DNA of 59,242 bases, the filler included, from Platydemus manokwari (lineage: Eukaryota), in assembly GCA_037951405.1 (NCBI GenBank). It is 5 parts of 5 records of this genome, joined end to end, with 100 filler letters (N's around TTAATTAATTAA, not from the genome) between each part and the next. Parts side by side here need not be neighbours in the genome. Positions count along the whole stretch, not along the records: positions 49,324 to 59,242 come from JBBMOY011189323.1; 4 more parts are not named here. One strand, given 5' to 3'. Position 1 is the first letter of the stretch. Each line of letters opens with the position of its first letter. Made by a program: the position numbers and the translations under genes. A model generated the notes under the pieces. The model did no database searches. It saw only the letters and a program-made list of their open reading frames with translations, and was not told the DNA's origin. Below are positions 50,078 to 59,242 of the stretch, piece by piece.

Positions 50078-53000
50078 GATTCTCGACATTCTTTAACATC
50101 TAGTTCAACGAGTCACAAAGGATCAGGAGTATATTCACCTTCAGATAATAAAGCCATCAATTTCGATCATTCCCAACGAGAAAGTGACCCATTGTCATTG
50201 AAATCAGATTTTCGCACCTCACCGGATATTTTTACTTGTTTAAAATTCAAATTGGATTTCAAAGTACGCAATTTTCTGAATTGCCTTTTAGTTCTTTATT
50301 ATCAAGTATCATATTTCATTGTATTTATAATTGTGATATTTTGTGCTCACATTATCTCATTGGTGTATGCCAATATTTCATTATAAATGTGATGGATTTT
50401 ATATTACAACTTTGTTTATATTATTTGAAATTATTTTAAATAAATTATCACCATTTATTTCTGGTATCATTGTCGTATTTATCATCATTAATCATTTACG
50501 TATTGATTTATATAATGGCCAAAAAATTCATTTGAAATGAATAAATATTTCGACTCACTGCCTTCAATGTATTATCTGAACTGATTTGATTGTCGGATAA
50601 TATTAGCTTATAATTAATAATATTTTAAAATGAAAGATATTTGAAGGGTTCGTTATTAAAATGAAATATTTTTATTTAAATGAAAATTCTAATAATTAAC
50701 TGGTCATTTTAATTATTGAATAACTTTTTATTAATAATATTAAAATGTGCTTTAATTTATAATGAAAAACAATCGGTGCACAATTGAAGGATATATAATT
50801 TATGTATATAATATATCAAATAGATCTTTCAGATTGACTTCCTTCTTCCGGTATTTTTTGTATTCATATTTGAATAATATTTGTACGCAAACATAATAAA
50901 TTCATTATAAAAGTAAATATTCAGAAATGTTATTATAAGAGATTTCAGATGATATCCTTGGTTTGTTTATTTGAATTTTGAAATGCAATTTAAAACACAA
51001 ATCTTCATTTTCAACTGCATTTCATATATGATAACATAACAAAATATTACATATTATTATTGTTTTAATTTTTCCAGTGAGAGATTTTGGCTTAAGTTAA
51101 GAAAATGGCTCCTTTGACCTTCTTTCGAAATAATAATTTTTTGTGTATGAAATAATTTTATATCTTAATTTTATACATAATTGCGTTGTTTGATTTATTA
51201 TTATTCTCACTTTTTAAGATAAGGAATAAAACAGTTTTTAAACCAAGTTCCTATCCTAATCACAACACTTCTATATGATTATTTGAGTTTTTAAATTTAA
51301 ATTTTTTAATTAAAAAATCGAGTTAGTTAACTACAGGCATGTTTAATAATATCATTGCTCAATTTGCTTCTGATGTTACTGAAGTACTTAAATAAAAAAG
51401 TCAAAATATTTTTAAAGAATATAATAAAATAAATTATATCGATTTTTGCAATACACTCCACAAATTTAAAATTTTGTTTTCGGGCTCCTGTTCTTAACTT
51501 TAGCCGAGATTTTTATTATTGAAATATTGAACTTGGCACCATTTCTGTATTCATATTTTACCAAAATTTTCGAAATGGCGGCTTTTTAAATAACAGTTAT
51601 ATTCTTTACCAGATTATGATCAATTTATACAATATGGTTGGAATAATTAAACTGAAAATAACTATTTAAATATCTCAAAACATTTATATTTTTTCAGGTT
51701 TAATTAATATCAATAATATGAAAATATTCCCATACTAATGAAGGAGTGATTTTGTAGCAAACACTAAAAATATATTCGATTTAACTATTAGATTATTAAA
51801 TTAACAATAAATTTGGTAGTGTTTCTGATTATTTCTTGTAAATTTTAAGGTCCATCAATTCTTTATGCTTGGTTCGCCAGTTAGTCTGGTTCAGTCGTTT
51901 CGTAATATGACTGGTAGATCTGATAACTGGCCTGTGATGATGAAGGATTTGACCAATGAAACACTTAAAAATATATGTACCCATTTTAATTAATTAATTG
52001 TATTTTCAATTACTCTGTTCAGCTTTAAATGAATCCAACGAATTATGTTTTCGACCACAATGTCTCCAAATATATAATGTTTTCCATCTCAATGATCCAT
52101 CTTCCTATCGATTAGAACCACTGATAAACCCGCGATTTCATGCTATTCCTCCAATGAAAATATCCAATTATAATCGATTTCCTCACGGCAATGATGATTC
52201 AGTTTATCTCATCGAAACTCTGTTTAATAATCCCGGAGTGGTGGATAAGTCACCAGCTGTTCTTCCAGATGAATGTTTAAATTCGGAGTCAGAATCGAAT
52301 TTAAGTGCATTTCTAAGATGTGCAGAAGTAAAACAAAGTGAGTTTTAATATTTGCAAGATCGTTGAAAATATTGCGAAATGATTTGTCAAATAATATGAA
52401 TATATTTTGCGAATTATTCGTTTAAACCGTTAAAATGGTTCAATAACGGATCTGTTGGTATGAACACAATTAGAATTGTTAACAGAAATAAAATAAAAAT
52501 ATATTATTTACTTTGTTAATATTTTTTGCAATCCATTGTTAACGACCCGTTTCAAAATCACAATTCCTATTCATCAATACAATATTCGATAAAATATTCA
52601 GTAACGTGAATAATCGATCACTCGATCTGTATCCACTTCTGAGTCAATGAGGCGTTTTGTTATGACTGTCGACTTGTATTTCTGTGCATATATCATATAT
52701 TCGATTATTATCCAATGGAATCCAAATATGAATTTAAATGTTAATTGAGTAGAAATGTTATGTTCGATCAGTGTTTCTAAATTTGTGATTCTGTACCAAT
52801 AAGATGTTATTTTAAACAAATCGTTCCAAAGGTGTATAAATATATAAATCTGATAAAAGCTTCAAAGCAAAATTCAAAAACCAATTCTTTGAATATTGTA
52901 TACACACAAGACTTTGGTACATGTTTCCAAGAATTTTGAACATATTTCCTTTTTATTAAATTAAAAAAATTAAAATGAATTGTTTAAATTTCGATGCGTT

Positions 53001-56000
53001 CGGATTTTATTTTCTATTTTTTTATTCAAATTAATTTTAAATCGTCGATGGCATTCTAGATTTTAGATGTTTAAATAAGAATGAGTTTGATTCAGATTGA
53101 ATTAATGAGGATGACTGAATGAATAATTATTCGGATTTTTTTTAAGTGAAAAGAACACCGGCGAAATTGATTATCAAGAAATATTAAATCTTTGTTGAAT
53201 ATATTAAATATTCAATTCAACTATTAATAGCAAGTCAAAAATATGTTAGTAAAGGAAATGATAATTATACAAAGAAATTGTCTTGGCAGATTCCTTATTA
53301 AATTTTTATTATACTTTTTGCTGATTTTATTAAATTTGTTGCAATTTTCATGCGACATTCGAATTTTGTTAATGGGATTCACTTAAAATAAACAACAATT
53401 ATTTCGTTAATACCGAATGGTTTAGTCAGTTATGTTAGTTGCCTGAATGGCTTTATTTTTAATTTTCAAATTAAAAGTCATGTTTACTACAGATCAAAAA
53501 AAATTATTTGTCATTACATCAATTTTCAAACAAATTTTAAATATTTTAAAATTTATTTCCACCTGACTTGTCTTCATTTTTAATTTCAATTAAAATACCC
53601 ACATTTTTATATTACATCTTTGATTTTTTTATTTAAAAGATTTAAATTTTACTTTTAATAATTTTACTAATTTTAAAATTGAGAGTTTAACAATAATTTT
53701 TTGAACAAGATCCATTTATAAATATTAACATGGTATGATTATGTGTAATATAATTTTTTAAAAATATCTTTTCACTCAAATTTTCATAATTTTAATCAGA
53801 TGCAAATTTTAATTATCTGTCGTATTTTTAAATAAACCTCACAAGCTATATTAAATATCAAATCATCTTTAAATGTTTCTAGCAGTCGTGATTTTTTAAT
53901 ATTACCCGGAATTATATTTGTAAATAAATCAATCAAAAATTTTACTCATGACACAAATAATAAAACAGAATTTCACGCAGTAATATTAATGGTTTAATTC
54001 AACCAAATTTGAAATTAAAATATATTTTTTTACTTTTTTACTATAAAATCAAATAATTTATAGGACGAAAGTCTTCATTTAAAAAATTATTGAATTGACT
54101 AGCGATTTTGTCACCGATAATGTCTTAATAAATGAATTTTTAACCATTCCGACATCAAAATGCACGGAGACAAATGCTTGGAGAATTGTTTGGATCTTCA
54201 GGTATGAAAAGATTTTATAACATCATGTATTTATTCTTCTCTTCCCGAATAGTTTGTTTTATTCTCCCAATAGGAGAGAGAGCAGATCCCGTTGTTAATT
54301 AAATATTGTTAGCTTGAAATCCATAAGCAAATATTGCACTGTATGTTTACGTTGGCTGGAAACAGGATTTAGAAAACTAAGACTTGCTCAGAAAAAAACG
54401 TTATATAACTGTTCCTTTATAAATTATTAAATTCTCCTAAAATGTAACGGCCATGAAATATGGGTTAATGGAACTAATCTAACTATGATGTATCATGAGT
54501 ATTGATTATTAAAATGATTTTAATGATTGCTGCAATGTTAGAATTTGTATAATATTTTATTAATTATTGTGTAATTAATTGATTAACGCACTGAAATGGT
54601 TAAGTTATCAATTCTTGGTGGGGTGAAAAGAGGATCGACTACGGTTTGCATTGCCCTGATGGAGTTCAGGCTTTTCCCTTGGGCGCTTTACCACATTTAC
54701 TTCATGCCAGTTATTGGGAATCTAAGGATTGTGCTGCTTTTATCATCAGACAAGTACATTTAGTCGTTTGTATATGTATAATTATTCTAAAATGAGAAAA
54801 TTATATAATCTGTCATTAAAATTATTAACAAGTTATGCACAAATCAATGGTAATCACCACAAAGCTATTGATTTATAACTATCAAGAAATTGTCAAAAAC
54901 ATTTATGATAATTAAATTTACACCTTGTGTGAAATCCTACATATTTGCTCGAGCATATGTTTTATTACTGATATGCAATTTGCAGATTTCACAGATCCCT
55001 TTTGAACCGTGTTTTTAATTGAAAAATCAGCACTTAATTAATCATTTTTGGTTTAAAATAATCGAATTTGCATGGAAAACAGTTATATCGGCTATTTCGT
55101 TTCGTTTAATTAACATCTTTCCTAGATCGCTATCATATATTTCTATTATTATCCTATTGGGATTTTGTTAAAATGTTGAAAAATTATCTGATTAATATCT
55201 CTAATTTGAAATTAAATTTTTGTTGGATAAATTTAAAAAATCACTTTGATATTCATCTTATCTATTTAATTTATTTAAAACCAATTTGTGATCTAAAAAT
55301 GCATTATTTTAATCTGTATTTGGCTCTGGGTATTTTTGATAAATATATTAGTAAATGAAATATCATTAACGGGTAAATAATAACTTGCATATACTAATTG
55401 GTTCTGTTAGAATAGTTGCTAATTCTAAATACCTAAATTGTTAAATTATAGTTTGTACATGTTCAACAAAGATTTCCAACCAATTTTTCAGACAATATCA
55501 CTATGATTTCAAGATTAATTCATCCATAATAGATTCGAGAACCGTGATCCATCAAATATTTAATATTATGATTTCTGATATTTTTTTACTAGACTTGCTA
55601 TATAATTAACTCTTTTAGTACTATTTTTTGTATTTAAACGCCTTTACCGTCTAATTCTATTTACCTTCAATTGTTCTATTATCGGTTTTCGATTCACAAT
55701 ATAGTCTAATTATCTATTCTATTGACTGGATGCCTCGTTATTTCCTTCCTCTCGGATGCAAAGAGAAATTTGCGTTTTTTATTGATTTTAAAGTAAGAGT
55801 TGACATCCAACGACTCTTTCAAGTGAATCGAAGTTGCAATCTTTACTTTATTCTGATATAGCACAACAATATATATATATATATTTCTTTTCCAAAAATT
55901 TCTCTTGGCGTGTATCATTAGGAATTTAATCTGATAATTTTTGAACTTGAACGATTTATGATTCGTTTAAGGTCATTCTCAAGGTTTGCCAAAAATATGT

Positions 56001-57080
56001 TTTCTTATTATTTTGGATTGACAAACTTTCTTTTAATTTTGTTTAAATTCCACTATTTCATTTCGGGAACATTTATTACAACCCATTTGTTATTGCAAAC
56101 AATAGTTTTCAATGAAAATGGTATAAAAATTGTATAAATCAATTTAATGTGGAATAGAAAATGAATTTTTGTAATTTTTTATGAATATAAATATCTTAAA
56201 TATTTACTTGTGATGACATTTCGTGCACTGTATCTGTAAGCCGCTACTATTTTTAAAACACGCATCGAAAACGAACTGAAAAGTCATGACACCGAATTAT
56301 TTAAACAAATTAATATAATTTTATATAAAATTAAATTTTACACAAAATTATATTTAGAAAATTTTTAATTCATTTTAAAATCCTCACAACCCCCTTTCGT
56401 TAAAAATCATTGATTTTCTTTGTATTCTTTATTGACATTGTATCGATTAATTTTTATATTTATCTATATAAAAATCTCTAGTTCTTCCATCTTTTTATAT
56501 CTTCTTTATATATTTTCTATACAGTCTCAACATCTTTCTCCTTTTCCATGATTTTCAATCATTGATTTTCTCAGAATCCAATCCAGATGCCTAGTCGCCA
56601 TGTAAGCTGCTACTATTTTCTAAAACACGAATCGAAAACGAACTGAAAAGTCGTGACACCGAATTATTTAAACAAATCAATATAATTTTATATAATATCA
56701 AATTTTATACAAAATTGTATCTATAAAAATATTTATTCCATTTAAAATGCTCCTTACATCTATGACAGCAGCTAACATATATAATATTTAACTCCTTTTT
56801 CATAGATTTTATTTTCTAAATATATATAATTGTTCATTGATTTTATTAAAATTTAATATTTGATAAATTCTATTTATTTATTTTTGAAAAATTATCATTG
56901 AATTACAATTGATTATAATAATCAATCTAGATTATCGATGCATCAATGCACCAGAATCAAGATTATATTACCGAAATGACTTTGGATTCAGAATCGGTTC
57001 AAGCAAGTCAATTTTCATCAACATTTCTAAATGACAAAGGCAATAAATTGAAATCAAAACAGTCTACTTTGAAATTCAAG
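50078..57080 (+). CDS. rdgB: Membrane-associated phosphatidylinositol transfer protein (rdgB / PITPNM, Nir), internal DDHD-domain exons; partial at both ends
   Basis: Phase-consistent exons 50078-50263, 51850-51913, 52023-52337, 54605-54753 and 56931-57080. They encode [44 protein letters not shown] and [46 protein letters not shown], the DDHD signature of PITPNM1/2. Confidence 0.92.
51085..51515 (-). mobile_element. Dispersed repeat family B, copy 2 (internally deleted; rdgB intron)
   Basis: Shares direct identity blocks with 29225-29835. Confidence 0.6.
52598..52830 (-). mobile_element. Gypsy RNase H relic in an rdgB intron
   Basis: Frame-shifted HLIGTE..LET and EYMIYAQK resemble YLIG..F.LETDH...Y.I.Y. 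Confidence 0.3.
56235..56758 (-). mobile_element. TRIM-like element, copy 3 (in an rdgB intron)
   Basis: LTRs at 56235-56388 and 56601-56758. PBS TGGCGACTA (reverse complement of 56592-56600). Polypurine tract GAAAGGGGG (reverse complement of 56390-56398) one base from the 3' LTR. No clear TSD. Confidence 0.8.
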
Positions 57081-57534
57081 GTATAATCAAAGAAATTTAA
57101 ACCATTTAATGATTTCTAATAGAATTACAATCAATGAATATTAGTTTTCATAATATCAATAATTTCCTTTTCAATATCTTATCAATTAGTCTGAGTTTTG
57201 TCTTTTAATCGCATATTTCCATTCAATAATATTAATATATTGTTTGGAACAATTATGTCTTCTCATCAATCTTGAATTAATGTAATGAAGTTTGTTTGGT
57301 TCAATATATCTTTGGAAAAAGCAATACCGGCTTTCGCGTGTTTTTCTGTGAAACTAATATTGATCATTTTAATCCAAAACTTTGGTTGAAATTATTGAAA
57401 AATCATTTCTCCTTCTTTGATATCGAAAATTATATTTGAATTCATTTGATTTGACCAGTTTATAATAATTTGTATCCAATCTAAAAATTTGAATTTGCTT
57501 AAATAATTAAAATATTTAAGAATGAATAAAATTA

Positions 57535-58135
57535 TTAGGTAAAGTTAAGCGGGGTTCGAAAATAAAATTTTTCATTTGTGGAATGCATTACAAAAATCTG
57601 CATAGTTTATTTAATTGTATTCTTTAAAAACATTTTGAATTTTTTATTTAAGTACTTAATAAGAATTTTAGTTGTTTGAAATCAAATGTTAAATACACTA
57701 GAGCTGCAAAATCTCGTAAAAATTGATTATTTGAAAAAATGAAATAAGTAGGTCGAATTGCAATTTATTGAAAATTAGCGATGGCCCCCTTTTTAACATT
57801 AGAAGCAAATTGAGAGATAGTGTCAATTTTTATAATTATTTTATAAAAATAATCAATGATATTATTAAACATGCCTGTAGTTAACCATTTTGATTTATAA
57901 TTATAAAATTTAAATTAAAAACTCAAATAATCATATAGTGTTGTGATTAGAATGGGAAATAGGTCTTAAAACTATATTTTGTTCCTATTAGACATCCTAA
58001 AAAGTGAGATATTAACTGAATTATATGAATAAATCAAACATCGCAACTATATATTAAATTAAGTTATAAAATTATCGCATGTGTGAAAATTCATTACTAT
58101 GAAAGTAGGTCAAAGGACCCATTTTCTGAAGTCAA
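57535..58135 (+). mobile_element. Dispersed repeat family B, copy 3 (inverted relative to the others)
   Basis: Contains AATGATATTATTAAACATGCCTGTAGTTAAC, AAAAACTCAAATAATCAT, TGTTGTGATTAGAATGGGAA and GGTCAAAGGA, which are reverse complements of copy 1 and 2 blocks. Confidence 0.6.
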
Positions 58136-59242
58136 ATTATTTATTGTGATTTTGATAATTTATAATTATTTTATTGGATTATTTAGTAGATTTTTAGGTT
58201 GTTTTAGTTTTATCAAATAATAACGTTGTAAATTTATCTATTTTATTTCCCTTAACAGACGCACTCCTTAACAGAATTCATTTTATTAATAATTTGAATA
58301 ATATGTAAGTTATTAACTCCCCTATTACAACGTGTATAACCCAAAAACATCGCCAACGAAAAATTATAATTTACACATTCTTTTAAACAAGTTTTTGATT
58401 TTGATGAAAGTATTCACAATCTTTAAAAAATCCATTGGAAACAACGTAACTTGTTTTACTTATTCATCAATTGCTTATAGATAAATTTTAGACGTGTCAT
58501 ATATTGGTTGGCAGATTATGTTTTACTATCATGTAATTTTATTTGATAAAAATGCATGCTTGTGTTATTAAAAGTTCGACCTCTGAAGTTTGGCCGAATC
58601 CAATGTTTTATTTTCTTTTGTTTGTGTTTAATGATTTTGTGCGCCTGTATTCTTTTTTATATATCAATAAATCTCAGATGGGTTTATATGGACCAAATCG
58701 ATTTTTGTTTACTTTTAGTTTGCTCCTCACTCAACAATTATGTTTAATATCATTATTTCTATTACACTATATTCATTTTATTTGTATATGATTAAAAATT
58801 TTATTCTTTTATTTGTATAAGAAAGATGAATATATTTTTATAAAATAATATTACTTAAAAGGAAAATCATTAACTATATACATCTGATTACAGTGAATGA
58901 TTGTGATAGACATAATAATTAACGAATATACTAATCGAAAACATACAGTAACCTTAATCATATAACGATTCTCACTAAGCTGCACAGTCCTTTATAAATT
59001 ATTTTTTATAAATTCTTTAATATAATAGTCAGCATACCATTTCAAATGCCCATCCTCAGAAACATACAAAAGTAGGATCATTCAAATATTTATTATTATT
59101 AATCTAATAATTCTAGGATAAAATTCAGAGTTAATTACTATTTCCTTTATTTCATTTTATTAAAACACATCTAGTTAGTAATATTGTAAAAAATACATGG
59201 AAATTATTTTGAAAATAACATTCCAATTTTTTGCATATTCTT

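Noticed and set aside
54103-54201. Possible cassette exon in rdgB ([32 protein letters not shown])
   Set aside because: The open frame is phase 2-2 while the flanking exons join in phase 1, and it has no DDHD similarity.
1-59242. CRISPR arrays, tRNA/rRNA genes, prokaryotic operons, alternative genetic code
   Set aside because: No regularly spaced repeat-spacer arrays or cloverleaf/rRNA motifs were seen. All genes are intron-containing and translate cleanly in the standard code; in-frame stops occur only in transposon relics.

Overview
Very AT-rich eukaryotic (animal-like) genomic DNA with GT-AG spliceosomal introns, many only 42-61 nt long. The window is five contigs joined by identical artificial 100-bp linkers (44 N + TTAATTAATTAA + 44 N), so adjacency across the gaps is not evidence of linkage. 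I reconstructed six spliced host genes by hand: NSUN4, Chibby, CFAP157 (3' part), an LSD1/KDM1A-like amine oxidase (3' part), an HHAT/rasp-like acyltransferase (5' exons only) and rdgB/PITPNM (DDHD region). The rest is dense with decayed transposons: Gypsy pol, pogo/Tigger, mariner, Merlin, an RTE-like LINE and two MITEs. Best leads: (1) a roughly 480-600 bp non-coding LTR retroelement (TRIM-like: TG..CA LTRs, a tRNA primer site and a purine tract) present three times on three contigs; (2) an LSD1-like protein with its catalytic lysine intact but its H3-tail pocket remodelled; (3) that LSD1 half-gene lies downstream of an orphan HHAT 5' end with no assembly gap between them; (4) CpG-biased decay of repeats. 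All family assignments come from manual translation and remembered motifs. No database search was run, so novelty is unverified.
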